A stretch of DNA of 57,653 bases from a virus. Taxonomy: Duplodnaviria > Caudoviricetes. The notes under the pieces were generated by a model, which made no database searches, was not told the DNA's origin, and worked only from the letters and a program-made list of their open reading frames with translations. The position numbers were made by a program, and so were the translations under genes. Numbering within the stretch: the first letter of the stretch is position 1; each line of letters begins with the position of its first letter. Positions 8,259 through 17,854 of the stretch are shown one piece after another. Where the stretch lies: IMG/VR virus record IMGVR_UViG_3300037478_000323, positions 1 to 57,653 of that record. The stretch is one strand, 5' to 3'.

Positions 8259-10381
8259 TGGAGCTCAGCTACTTCGCGTCGGAGACGGACAACGCTCCGA
8301 AGAAGGTCGATTTGACCTGGGACGAGTTGTCGACTCTCCTGGCGCACGTCAGGGAGACAGACTGTGTTCATTGTGAGGGATCTAGCTGCCCTCACAAGCT
8401 CGGCCCGGCGTGGTCCCCAGCCGTCTTCGACGGACCCCGGGCTAAGAAGAACGTCAAGCAGGTCAACGCCCTGGTCGTCGATCTCGACCATATGACGGAG
8501 AGCGAGCTCCTAGCCTCCGCCGAGAAGATCGATTGCTACGAATACATCGCCCACGCCAGCCACTCCGACCGCCCAGGTGATCGTTGTCTCCGTGTCGTCA
8601 TCCCGCTCGACAAGCCGATCGCCGGCGATGAATGGGATCAGTTCTGGCCGGTGGCGATGCAGAAGCTCGGGCTCCCTGCCGACGAATCCACGTCAGACGC
8701 AAGCCGGATCTACTTTCTGCCCTCCCGCCCCAAGGGCACGGCGTTCGTTGCGGAGCGGAACAAGGGCAAGACGTTCGCCGTCGGCGAGGTCCCTGCCACC
8801 CCGGCCGATAAACCGCCCCCTCCGCGGAACGTCGCGGAAATTCGACAAGGTATCGAGGTCACAGGACTTTCCAGCACCGCGGACAACGCAGCCGCTACAC
8901 TGCTAGCGCGCCACTGGCCAGAGCGAGGGCGGCACTACGCGAGTCTGGCCCTTGCCGGGGCCCTCGCGCACGCTGGCTGGCCCCAGGAGCGCGCGGAAGA
9001 CTTCATCACCGCCATCGCCGCCACCGTCAACGGCGACTCTGGAGAGCCAGACAAGCGCTCAGCACAGGTCTCGAGCTCGATCGCCAAGGTCGCCGCCGGT
9101 GAGGACGTCTCGGGCTGGCCCACCTTGGCGAAGCGAATCCCCGCCGGCGCCGTCGGCGAAGCATGCAAGTGGCTCGGGATCGACTGGATCCCTGACCCGG
9201 TTGATATCTCGCTCCCCGCCCCCGAGCCCGGCTCCGACGGTGAGCTATTCGCTCAGGCCCTCGTCGACGTTCGCGCCGCGCTGAGGAACGAGAGCAAGGC
9301 AGGCGAGGTCAAGCTCCTGTTCGAGCCCGCGATCAACCTTCACACGAAGACGTATCCTCCGACGCTCTGGCTCGTCGAGGGACTCCTGACCGAGGGCGGT
9401 ACGGGGCTGATCGCTGGGGAGCCCAAATCGATCAAGACGTGGATCGCGTGCGAGATCGCTCTGGGAGTCGCGACCGGAACGCCCGTCTGTGGGAAGTTTC
9501 CGACCGGCAAGCCCCGCCGGGTGGCTTACTTCTTTGCCGAGGACTTCGATCGCTCGGTCCGCAACCGTTCCCGCGCCATCATCGCCGGCCGTGATCTCTC
9601 TATCGAGGATGGAACGGCGATGCTCCACGTCCAACCCCGCGGTCGATTCCTCGACTTGCTCCGAGATGAAGACCTGGCGCTGGTGATCGCGTCGCTGCGG
9701 AGAATCGAGCGGGACTCCGGCAAGGTCGAGCTCCTGATCCTCGAGCCCCTTCGTGATCTGCACAGCGGACAGGAGGACAAGAGCGACGACATGGCCGAGG
9801 TCATGCGCCGCCTGCGTGCCATCGAGACCGTCGCGGGCTGCACGGTCCTCGGTTGCCACCACAGCGCCAAATCGACTGGGGACACTTCGAAGCGTCGCGC
9901 CGGTCAGAAAATGCGCGGTTCGGGTGCGATTCATGGCTCGGTGGACAGCGGAATCTACCTCGGAGCACCGGCCGGCGACGGTCGCTGCCGGTTCGAGACC
10001 GACGTGACGTCGGAGATCAAGAGCGCCCGGGGTGCCGGACGGTTCTCCGTGACGCTCACCCTCGAGGACGACCTCGCCGGGGAATCCGTCAAAGCGACGT
10101 GGGACACCGCGCAGGGTAAGCAAGGCTCCGCGGAGGACGAAGGCGCGATTCTCGAGGCCCTTGGCGACGCTTATTCTCTCATGCCCGGCGGGAAGCGGCA
10201 TATGACTCAGGCCGCTGTCAGAACGAAGGTCAAGGGACAGCAGGCGCGGGTAAATATCATCCTCGCCGACCTGTTCCGCCGCGGTCTCGTCGCTCAGCAC
10301 CTACTAGGCAAAAAACCGGTCGGCTGGGTGATCACCGAGGCCGGACGCCGTGAGCTCGGTCCGCTGGCGACGGGGAAATAA
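8255..10381 (+). CDS. Primase-helicase (prim-pol-like N-terminus + AAA_25/RepA-type helicase)
   Basis: WSPAVF, VVDLD, HxSH, SRIYFLP motifs; Walker A GEPKSIKT; HH..K, RGSGAI motifs. Confidence 0.85.
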   Translation: MMELSYFASETDNAPKKVDLTWDELSTLLAHVRETDCVHCEGSSCPHKLGPAWSPAVFDGPRAKKNVKQVNALVVDLDHMTESELLASAEKIDCYEYIAHASHSDRPGDRCLRVVIPLDKPIAGDEWDQFWPVAMQKLGLPADESTSDASRIYFLPSRPKGTAFVAERNKGKTFAVGEVPATPADKPPPPRNVAEIRQGIEVTGLSSTADNAAATLLARHWPERGRHYASLALAGALAHAGWPQERAEDFITAIAATVNGDSGEPDKRSAQVSSSIAKVAAGEDVSGWPTLAKRIPAGAVGEACKWLGIDWIPDPVDISLPAPEPGSDGELFAQALVDVRAALRNESKAGEVKLLFEPAINLHTKTYPPTLWLVEGLLTEGGTGLIAGEPKSIKTWIACEIALGVATGTPVCGKFPTGKPRRVAYFFAEDFDRSVRNRSRAIIAGRDLSIEDGTAMLHVQPRGRFLDLLRDEDLALVIASLRRIERDSGKVELLILEPLRDLHSGQEDKSDDMAEVMRRLRAIETVAGCTVLGCHHSAKSTGDTSKRRAGQKMRGSGAIHGSVDSGIYLGAPAGDGRCRFETDVTSEIKSARGAGRFSVTLTLEDDLAGESVKATWDTAQGKQGSAEDEGAILEALGDAYSLMPGGKRHMTQAAVRTKVKGQQARVNIILADLFRRGLVAQHLLGKKPVGWVITEAGRRELGPLATGK

Positions 10382-10387
10382 CCTAGC

Positions 10388-10417
10388 GTCGGAATTTTCT
10401 CTGACGCCTCTGACGTT
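10388..10417 (+). promoter_or_regulatory. Leaderless ECF-type promoter with overlapping palindrome
   Basis: GGAAT(10391)-N19-GTT-8 nt-ATG(10426); GTCGGA-N6-TCTGAC at 10388-10405. Confidence 0.7.
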
Positions 10418-10425
10418 CTCTGACT

Positions 10426-10929
10426 ATGGCAATCGACGTTTCTTTCGACGACGGGAAATACCGTCTGGTTCAGGATTCCGGCGGAACGCTTCGCGCGTAC
10501 CGCCACGGAGAGCGCTGGGCGATCGCAGACATCCCGGACCCGACCAACATGATGGTCGCCCTCCTGTACGAGATCGAGGAGCTGCGAGAGAAGCTCAAGA
10601 CCGCTAACCGCAGGCTCGGGGTGATCCGCTGCGATGCCGTAGAGCGCGATGGCGCCCGCTGCGAGAAGCCCAAAGGGCACGTCGACTGGCACAGGAACGA
10701 CAGTGACGGGTGGCTCGCCTGGAACTACGACGAGAACACGCCGGAGATTCTGCGTAGCGATGAAGTCGGAGTTGCTTCGCGGTGGCAAGCGGTTCTGGAG
10801 GAGTTGGCCGACGAAGCCGACGACTTCGCAGGTGAATGGGAAGCAATCTCCTATATGGATGGCGCAGTGGAGGCAGCCAAGGCGTACCGGGTCATGGCGC
10901 TCCTTATTCGAGAAAGGATCTCTCAGTGA
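10426..10929 (+). CDS. Hypothetical protein
   Basis: ORF directly after the promoter; coiled coil and C..C...H..H motif. Confidence 0.65.
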   Translation: MAIDVSFDDGKYRLVQDSGGTLRAYRHGERWAIADIPDPTNMMVALLYEIEELREKLKTANRRLGVIRCDAVERDGARCEKPKGHVDWHRNDSDGWLAWNYDENTPEILRSDEVGVASRWQAVLEELADEADDFAGEWEAISYMDGAVEAAKAYRVMALLIRERISQ

Positions 10930-11528
10930 AGTTTCTGACTGTTCTCTGTCTCGTCGTTTCCTGCGCCTATCCACGCGCAGGGGAATCCCGTCCCGGACGA
11001 ACGCCCGCGGAGCAAGTCGCGTCCGCCGTCAAGGTCGTGGCTATCTGCGCCGTGGGCGGTGAGATGTTCATGGCTGGGGGGTCGGGTGTCGTCGTCGAGG
11101 ACTTCACGGTGATCACCGCCGCGCACGTCGTCGAGTGCCCTGGCAAGCTCGGGATCGCAATTGAGGACTGGCGGGGGAACGCATACAAGGCGGAGCTCCT
11201 GGTTGCCGACGAAGACGAAGACGTCGCGAAGCTATACGTTCCCGAGCTCAAGGGGACCTTGGTGCAATACGGACCGAAGCCGAGGATCGACGAGCGGGTC
11301 TGTCTGGTCGGTGCGTCGCCGTATCGCGTCCGTCGCTGCGGATGGGTTGAATCCTGGGGACCTAAGCCCGGCGACATGAAGCACTCGGCGATTACCGAGC
11401 CCGGTAACTCCGGAGGTGCGATCTACGACTCGCGGGGATTTCTCGTCGGCATCGTGACGCATTACCGACGTTGCTCCAACGGGCAGCTCTGCGGCGGCGC
11501 GGCGACTAGCTTCAGGGGGCTGCTGTGA
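10926..11528 (+). CDS. Trypsin-like serine protease, probable lipoprotein
   Basis: GSGV, TAAHVV, DVA.L, PGNSGG triad motifs; lipobox-like VVSC. Confidence 0.85.
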   Translation: MKFLTVLCLVVSCAYPRAGESRPGRTPAEQVASAVKVVAICAVGGEMFMAGGSGVVVEDFTVITAAHVVECPGKLGIAIEDWRGNAYKAELLVADEDEDVAKLYVPELKGTLVQYGPKPRIDERVCLVGASPYRVRRCGWVESWGPKPGDMKHSAITEPGNSGGAIYDSRGFLVGIVTHYRRCSNGQLCGGAATSFRGLL

Positions 11529-11830
11529 TTCGGGAGAACCAGAGCACGATCACCAAATGGCAGCTCGAGACGTTCGGCAAGATCTCACTGTTCGCCGCGT
11601 TCAAGCGCGCACGTAAAGAGTGGCGCGAGCTTCAGGACAAGATCGACGCTCACGCGAAAACGATCGACCTAGTCGACGAAGCAGCTGACGTCGTGATCGT
11701 TCTCTACGCCTTCGCTGAGGCTATGGGGCTCGATCTCCACGAAGCCGTCGATCGCAAGATGGCGATCAACCGCTCGCGTGAGTGGGTTCTGAACGGCGAC
11801 GGCACCGGGCAGCACAAGGCGGGCTCCTGA
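11525..11830 (+). CDS. MazG-like / DUF550-type nucleotide pyrophosphohydrolase
   Basis: W..ETFG, KE..EL, DEAADV, KM.IN..R.W motifs. Confidence 0.8.
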   Translation: MIRENQSTITKWQLETFGKISLFAAFKRARKEWRELQDKIDAHAKTIDLVDEAADVVIVLYAFAEAMGLDLHEAVDRKMAINRSREWVLNGDGTGQHKAGS

Positions 11831-12051
11831 TGAAGATCCCGACACCCAAGGATCGTTGGGAGCTCATCAAGCTAATGGACGACTGCCCCGACGCGCAGGC
11901 GTGGCAGACCAGCTACGAGTTTCTCCGAGGACTTCTCGAGCTGGCTTACTTAGCCGAGAAAGCCATCGATCAGGCCATCGAGAACTCACATCACGCCGCT
12001 GTTTCTCGTGACATCCTTCTGGAAGCTCTCGACAAGATCCGGGGCTGCTGA
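11830..12051 (+). CDS. Hypothetical protein
   Basis: TGATG-coupled ORF in the operon. Confidence 0.55.
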   Translation: MKIPTPKDRWELIKLMDDCPDAQAWQTSYEFLRGLLELAYLAEKAIDQAIENSHHAAVSRDILLEALDKIRGC

Positions 12052-13962
12052 GTGCCCCGCGTCTGGACTCGCGGTAAGGCCGTCGTCGACGGAGTCATCC
12101 AATACCTCAGCCCCAGCCAGATCGCCAGCGCCGACGCCGAGTCATACGGGGGCTGCCCGCGTCGCTGGTGGTTCAATAAGGTTGCCGGAAAGAAGGAGCC
12201 AACCAGCAAGGCACAGGCGAGAGGCACCGAGCTCCACGAGCAGATCGAGAACTACCTTCGCACGGGGCAGAAGGCGCTCGACCGGACGATCCTGGCCGGA
12301 AAGCACTACATCCCCGACCCTGACTCGAGCCTGCTAATCGAGCACTCCATCGACGACGGGCTCCTTACCGCCGCGGGGATTCCGGTAGTCGGTTACATCG
12401 ACCTGGTCGTGCCGCGTCTGCCGAAGTCCGTCGAGATCAAAGACTGGAAATTCACCGGCAATCTCGATTACGCCACGCCGTCGGGGAAGCTCCCAGATCA
12501 GATCCCGATGGTCTCTTACGGGGAGTGGGCCGCACGGCGCTTCGGACCGGAAGAGGTGCGCCTGACGCACGTCTATTTCTCGACGAAGGTTCGCAAGTCA
12601 GAAAAAAAATCGATCGCCGTTCCCCGGTCAGATATCGCCCGGCGCTGGAATAGAGCCGAAGGCGTGGCGCGTTCCATGATCGACTGGGCCCGCGAGTCAG
12701 AATGTTCTCAGGTCCCAGATAACACAAGATCCTGCAAGGCATACGGTGGCTGTCCTCACGCCACGTATTGCCCGACATCCCGAGACCAGACCCTGGTCGA
12801 CATCTTCGGCGCCGCCGGCGCAGCACACCTAACAGGAGAAAAACCCATGAGCTTGCTACAGATGCCCGGTATCGCCGCCCTCGCCAATCGGAAGAAAGAG
12901 CTGGAAGCCGCCGAAGCGGTCGCCGCTGCCCCGCCCTCACCTACGGTCGGAGAACTCCTGATCGCCGTGGACAAGATCAAGCGCTCCGGTCACGGCATCC
13001 CAAATCTCATCGGCGAGGCCGCCACTCGCTGGCGTGACGCTCCCCCGCCGTCCGGGACCCTGGCGCAGGCGACGCTCTCCCAGGCCATCGAGATCGTGCA
13101 GCTCGCCCAGGAGCTCAACGTGCCCGACCCCGAGCCGAGCGACGTCCCCGCCATCTTGCCCCCGGACGCCCCGAAGTCGAAGCCGGAGCTCGCCGCCGAG
13201 CCCGTCGAGGGCTGGAATGGAGGCGCCGCCGCGATCGTCGACGGTGGCGGCTCCGTCCTGATCTACGACCCGACGAAGACGGTCCCTTTGACCGACCCGG
13301 TCGAGGGTCACTCGACGCCGGAGGCCGTGGCGGAAGCGTGCGCCGCCGTCGAGAGCCCCGTCTCCGCCGCCCTGGATCTGCTCAAGGGGAGCAAGTGTGG
13401 CAAGAAGGAGCGACAGAACGCCGCCGAAGTCCTCGAGCAAGCGCTGCTCGATCTCTCCACGAACGAAGGCGCCGGCGCTCCGGCGACCGGCCAGGCAGAC
13501 GCTGACAGACTCGCCGCCAAGATCGACAGCTACGAAGCGCGTCTCAAACAGCAGACCGAGATCATCGAGTCGCTCCGTAAGGAAGCTGAATCGTGGCGCG
13601 CTCTGAAAAACAGCGCCCCAGTCGGGAATATCTCCGGGTGGCGGCCCGACGGAATCCGCGTCTACGTGGACTGTTACCCCGACGTCGCCGACGGCACCCC
13701 GATCAAGAGCCTCGATCGCTGGGCCGACGAACTCGCCGCCAAGCTCGCCGATAACTGTGGTGCGGCGGATATCCGCTGCGCGCCGGAGAAGTCCCCGCTC
13801 GCGTTCGGCAAGTGGAAAGGCGCCCTCGCCGCCCTGGTTCGCGAGTCCGAGCTCGAGCCCGGCGTCTACGTCATCGACTCGCGCACGGAGTTCGCCGCCG
13901 TGGTCGCCGAAGCGATCCGCCCGCGCTGCGCCCCGGGTGGGTATGTCAGGGGGATGCGATGA
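12052..13962 (+). CDS. PD-(D/E)XK Cas4-like exonuclease with long C-terminal extension
   Basis: LSPSQI, CPRRW, G..LH..IE, GYIDL, IKDWK, Q...Y, C....GC.H...C motifs. Confidence 0.8.
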   Translation: MPRVWTRGKAVVDGVIQYLSPSQIASADAESYGGCPRRWWFNKVAGKKEPTSKAQARGTELHEQIENYLRTGQKALDRTILAGKHYIPDPDSSLLIEHSIDDGLLTAAGIPVVGYIDLVVPRLPKSVEIKDWKFTGNLDYATPSGKLPDQIPMVSYGEWAARRFGPEEVRLTHVYFSTKVRKSEKKSIAVPRSDIARRWNRAEGVARSMIDWARESECSQVPDNTRSCKAYGGCPHATYCPTSRDQTLVDIFGAAGAAHLTGEKPMSLLQMPGIAALANRKKELEAAEAVAAAPPSPTVGELLIAVDKIKRSGHGIPNLIGEAATRWRDAPPPSGTLAQATLSQAIEIVQLAQELNVPDPEPSDVPAILPPDAPKSKPELAAEPVEGWNGGAAAIVDGGGSVLIYDPTKTVPLTDPVEGHSTPEAVAEACAAVESPVSAALDLLKGSKCGKKERQNAAEVLEQALLDLSTNEGAGAPATGQADADRLAAKIDSYEARLKQQTEIIESLRKEAESWRALKNSAPVGNISGWRPDGIRVYVDCYPDVADGTPIKSLDRWADELAAKLADNCGAADIRCAPEKSPLAFGKWKGALAALVRESELEPGVYVIDSRTEFAAVVAEAIRPRCAPGGYVRGMR

Positions 13963-14339
13963 AAGACCGTGATCTACTCGCCGCCATGTCGGTCAGCTTC
14001 GTCACCAGCGGCTACGCTAGAAACAGGATCATGTCGGAGAGCCCGACCGACGCGCAGATCGCATCAAAGGCGCTGACTCTGGCGCTCGGGATCCTGGAAG
14101 CAGTCGACGAGCGCGCGTATGATCGCCCGGACGAGCCAGGGATTATCGTCGTCTATGCTCGCCCGAACGAGATCGGCGCCGATGGAAGGGTCAAAGACCC
14201 TTACGACAACGGAGGTTGGCGATACACGTCCGAACCGTACACCGATCGAAACAAAGCCTTCGTGTTTCACCGGTCGGATGTCGTGGAGATCGAGAGCCCG
14301 TTCAGCGTTCTCATCCGCGCCGGAGCGAAGCCGCTGTGA
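13959..14339 (+). CDS. Hypothetical protein
   Basis: ATGA-coupled ORF. Confidence 0.55.
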   Translation: MKDRDLLAAMSVSFVTSGYARNRIMSESPTDAQIASKALTLALGILEAVDERAYDRPDEPGIIVVYARPNEIGADGRVKDPYDNGGWRYTSEPYTDRNKAFVFHRSDVVEIESPFSVLIRAGAKPL

Positions 14340-14659
14340 TGGTCAAAGTCAGACTCAAGCGGATCTCTCGTGGTAAGGGGCACCGAGGCAGGCCGCCGTC
14401 GTCTACCGGTATCGACGGCGACGGGTTCACCGGTTACGCATACCTCCCGAAGATCGGCAAGGGCTTCCACGTCTACGAAGGTGAAAGCGGCGGGGTAGCG
14501 CTCAGCACGTCCCGAGTCGTCGCGATCGGCGTGGGATTCGGAGAGCCCGACGTCATTCGCTTCCGAACCAGGAGCGGCTCAGCATATCGGTTGGAGATCC
14601 TCGAGAGCGTTCCGGAGCTCGATCCCGTCCAGACCTCGCTAGACCGCCGCGGCGGCTAG
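14339..14659 (+). CDS. Hypothetical protein
   Basis: TGATG-coupled; TS.V...F.T.SGS.Y motif seen in small phage proteins. Confidence 0.55.
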   Translation: MVKVRLKRISRGKGHRGRPPSSTGIDGDGFTGYAYLPKIGKGFHVYEGESGGVALSTSRVVAIGVGFGEPDVIRFRTRSGSAYRLEILESVPELDPVQTSLDRRGG

Positions 14660-14838
14660 TCGTCGAACCGGGCGACGACGAACATCCCGAAGCCGACCAG
14701 GGCGATGACGCCGGCGATCTGATACCAGCCCTCCGACCCGGAGCCGGCTGCGTTGAAGAACGCCATCACCATCGCTCCGAACATCAGCAGAAACCCGCGC
14801 CATTTCCAGTTAGCCCAAAGCCCGCCTTCGTCTTTCAT
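14656..14838 (-). CDS. Small two-TM membrane protein on the opposite strand
   Basis: Two hydrophobic helices; exactly fills the gap between two + strand genes. Confidence 0.55.
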   Translation of the reverse strand: MKDEGGLWANWKWRGFLLMFGAMVMAFFNAAGSGSEGWYQIAGVIALVGFGMFVVARFDD

Positions 14839-14846
14839 CGGCCCCA

Positions 14847-17729
14847 GTGTACAACGCTCGCGATCAATGGTGCAAGCCGCCAGTCCTACCTAGCAAAGAT
14901 CTAAAGAGAATCCTGGCACTCCCGCGCCGGCCGAAGCCCGACCAACTCACCGGCGAGGCGCTCATCGAATTGATCACCGAGCGCTACGCCATCGACAACC
15001 CGTCGTGCCAGTGCGCCGAGATCGGCCCCGGACGCCCGTGCATCGAACGACTGCGACTTACCCAGGCTTGGGCGCTCTATGAGATAGGGCTCCGTCAGGG
15101 ACTTCTCGGGCCGATCAACGTCGGCGACGGAAAGACTATCCTCGATATTCTGACGCCGCTGGCGATGCGGGATTGCAAGACGGCGCTGCTACTCCTGCCG
15201 GCGAAGCTCGTCGACCAGCTAATTCGCGAGTACCTGCTAGTCCGCGAGCACTTCACCGTTCCCGGCCTGATCGTCCACGGGAAAGACTGGGTCGCCAGAG
15301 TCCCTGACGCTCCGGTGCTCCACGTCATGAGCTACGAGCGGCTCTCACGCGCCGATGCGACCGTCTTTCTCGAGAGTCTCCGCCCCGACACCATCATCGC
15401 CGACGAGTGCGACTGCATCCGCAACGCCACGGCGGTACGGACGCGGCGAGTCACCCGCTACTTCGCCGACCACGAAGAAACCCGGTTCTGTGGCTGGTCG
15501 GGATCTCTGACCGACAGCTCGATCCGTGACTATTATCATCTCAGCGCGATGGCTCTGAAGTTCGGCTCGCCGCTACCCCTTGAGCCCGAGGTCGTCGAGG
15601 ACTGGGCGAAGGCGATCGACCCGGCCGAGTTTCTCGCGCCCCCCGGAGCTCTAAAAGCCCTCATGGAAGGAGATGAGACAATTCATTCAGCAATTCATCG
15701 AAGACTCACGGAGACTCCCGGCGTGGTCACGAGCACCAAGAAGCAGGTCGACGTGTCGCTGGTCATCGAGGAACGACCCGCGCCGGCGATTCCCGCCGTG
15801 GTCGCCGAAGCCCTGAAGCGTCTCCGAGACGAGCACGTGCGCCCCGACGGCGAGGAAATCATTGACCCGCTCTCGTTCTTTCGTTGCGCGTCAGAAATCG
15901 CCTGTGGCTTCTACTACCGCTGGGTATTCCGTAACGGTGAGACGACGCCGCAGATCGAAGAGTGGCTCGCGGCTAGGAAGGCGTGGCGCCGGGAAGTCCG
16001 AGATATGCTGCAGCGACCTCGGCCGCATCTGGACTCCCCTGACCTGGTAGCCCGCGCTGCCGCTCGAGCTCACGCCAACCCGAGGGACGGAAAAAAGGAT
16101 CTCTGGTACGCGCCGACGGAGAAATCAGAAGAGCCGCTCCCTCACTGGAGATCAGAGCATTTTCAGCGCTGGGTGGAAGCCAAGCCGCTGGTCAACAAGG
16201 GACGTGACCCCGACACCGAAGCCGTGCGGCTGCATCCCTACCTCGCCGAAGACGCCGCAGCATGGGCCCGCGAGGAGCCTGGGATCGTCTGGTACGATAA
16301 GCGCGCGTTTGGCCTGTGGGTGGCGGAGATTGGCGATCTGCCTCTCCACACCGGCGGCCCGGACGCAGGCGAGCGCATCGGCAGGGAGCTCGGGGACCGA
16401 TCGATCGTGGCGTCCATCAAGAGCCACGGCAGGGGCAGGGACGGGCTACAGTACAAGTTCCACCGCCAACTCGTCGGGCATCCTCCGGCGTCAGCGACGG
16501 ATTGGGAGCAGTGCCTCGACTCAGAGACGGAGATTCTGACCGAACGTGGTTGGGTGGGTCTTAATGACCCGTGGGGGGCTAGCAATCGAGTCGCCGCCTA
16601 CAACTACGTCAACCGGTCAATCGTCTGGACGTCTAATCACGTTCGCATGGAGCGAACTCTAGGCAGCGAGGCAATGTACGGGATCTCTAACCCTCACCTA
16701 GACATCAGGGTCACCGCAGGTCACAGGATGATCGCGGAGAAGAAACGCCGCAAGGGTAACGGCGGTTGCGATGGGTTCTACTACACAGATCCTGACTTCT
16801 ACACCGCCGAGAATCTGCCGAGGCACTCCAGAATCCCCCTCGCCGGGGCCCAGGAGTCGGAAGGGGTTCCGCTCACCGATGACGAGCTCATGTTTATTGG
16901 ACTCTTCATGTCGGATGGTAGTTTGGACCTCAGCAACAACACAGTCCGACTATTCCAATCGGAGCGCTACCCTGCAGTCATCCACCTGATTAGGAAAACG
17001 CTCGCGGGCTGCTGTTTCTACTACAGACACAGCATCAACCGGAAGCCTTCAAACTTCGGCAAGAGGTCTCCTCTACATCGATGGGACATCAACAAGGGAT
17101 CTCTGAAAGGTCGTGGTTGGGGAGACCTCGCCAGGTTCATCGATAAGGATTTCCCACCGACCCTGGACGCTATGTCGTCTCGTCAGCTGCTCGTGTTCCT
17201 CGCTGGTTTGTGGGCTGGGGACGGCAACAAGACGCCAGGAACTTACTCCTACGATCCTTATCGTTCGAGGACGATGAACATCGCGACCGGCCGCAAAACG
17301 GCCGCCGATCGGATTCAGTCGCTTTGCGTTCGTCGTGGTCTCCGGTGCAACGTTTCCCGAGAGCGAGAAGTGTGGATGCTGAGGATCTCCGACGACAACA
17401 CGCGCACCATCGTGCGCTATTCTGGGGACAGCCGTCCTACCTGGGGGGTTCTGGAGTCAGACCCCGGCGAGATGGTCTGGTGTGTCTCTGTCCCGACGGG
17501 CGCCATCGTAACCCGGAGGCACGGGAAAGTCGCCGTCGTCGGGAACTGTCTCGGGCGCCTGCACCGCTCTGGTCAGAATACCGGTGTTCTGACGTGGTAC
17601 TATGCCCACACCCCGGAGCTGGCAAAACAGATAGATAAAGCGCTGTTACGGGCTTCCTACGTCCAGGCGACGATTGGAGCCGAGCAGAAACTGATCGCTG
17701 GAATATCGGAGTTTTCTCCGGCGTTCTAA
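14847..17729 (+). CDS. SF2 DNA helicase containing an intein
   Basis: VGDGKT Walker A, DECD, SGS, GRDGLQ, EQ..LGRLHR motif VI interrupted by the intein. Confidence 0.9.
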   Translation: MYNARDQWCKPPVLPSKDLKRILALPRRPKPDQLTGEALIELITERYAIDNPSCQCAEIGPGRPCIERLRLTQAWALYEIGLRQGLLGPINVGDGKTILDILTPLAMRDCKTALLLLPAKLVDQLIREYLLVREHFTVPGLIVHGKDWVARVPDAPVLHVMSYERLSRADATVFLESLRPDTIIADECDCIRNATAVRTRRVTRYFADHEETRFCGWSGSLTDSSIRDYYHLSAMALKFGSPLPLEPEVVEDWAKAIDPAEFLAPPGALKALMEGDETIHSAIHRRLTETPGVVTSTKKQVDVSLVIEERPAPAIPAVVAEALKRLRDEHVRPDGEEIIDPLSFFRCASEIACGFYYRWVFRNGETTPQIEEWLAARKAWRREVRDMLQRPRPHLDSPDLVARAAARAHANPRDGKKDLWYAPTEKSEEPLPHWRSEHFQRWVEAKPLVNKGRDPDTEAVRLHPYLAEDAAAWAREEPGIVWYDKRAFGLWVAEIGDLPLHTGGPDAGERIGRELGDRSIVASIKSHGRGRDGLQYKFHRQLVGHPPASATDWEQCLDSETEILTERGWVGLNDPWGASNRVAAYNYVNRSIVWTSNHVRMERTLGSEAMYGISNPHLDIRVTAGHRMIAEKKRRKGNGGCDGFYYTDPDFYTAENLPRHSRIPLAGAQESEGVPLTDDELMFIGLFMSDGSLDLSNNTVRLFQSERYPAVIHLIRKTLAGCCFYYRHSINRKPSNFGKRSPLHRWDINKGSLKGRGWGDLARFIDKDFPPTLDAMSSRQLLVFLAGLWAGDGNKTPGTYSYDPYRSRTMNIATGRKTAADRIQSLCVRRGLRCNVSREREVWMLRISDDNTRTIVRYSGDSRPTWGVLESDPGEMVWCVSVPTGAIVTRRHGKVAVVGNCLGRLHRSGQNTGVLTWYYAHTPELAKQIDKALLRASYVQATIGAEQKLIAGISEFSPAF
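16512..17546 (+). mobile_element. Intein (345 aa) with LAGLIDADG homing endonuclease
   Basis: CLDSETEILTERGW block A, VTAGH block B, IGLFMSDG and LAGLWAGDG, VWCVSVP..VVGN/C C-terminus. Confidence 0.92.
17700..17725 (+). promoter_or_regulatory. ECF-type promoter upstream of the ssb-like gene
   Basis: GGAAT-N18-GTT(C) at the end of the helicase gene. Confidence 0.6.
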
Positions 17730-17854
17730 TTTCTGACCGACCGAGAGGGTCAGGGGCTTGGTCAACCACCCTTCGCGCGGAGGCCGAAACGTTTTCTTAA
17801 ACGGGTGATCCCTCGGTACTTCAACCCACGACCGAAGGAAAGAGCAACGTAGAA

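Noticed and set aside
12052-12800. CRISPR-associated Cas4
   Set aside because: No cas1/cas2 or array; stand-alone Cas4-like exonucleases are common in phage replication modules.
17730-17854. Hammerhead ribozyme in the ssb leader (CTGACCGA...GAAA)
   Set aside because: The core does not fit CUGANGA and stems I/III could not be built; only small hairpins are supported.
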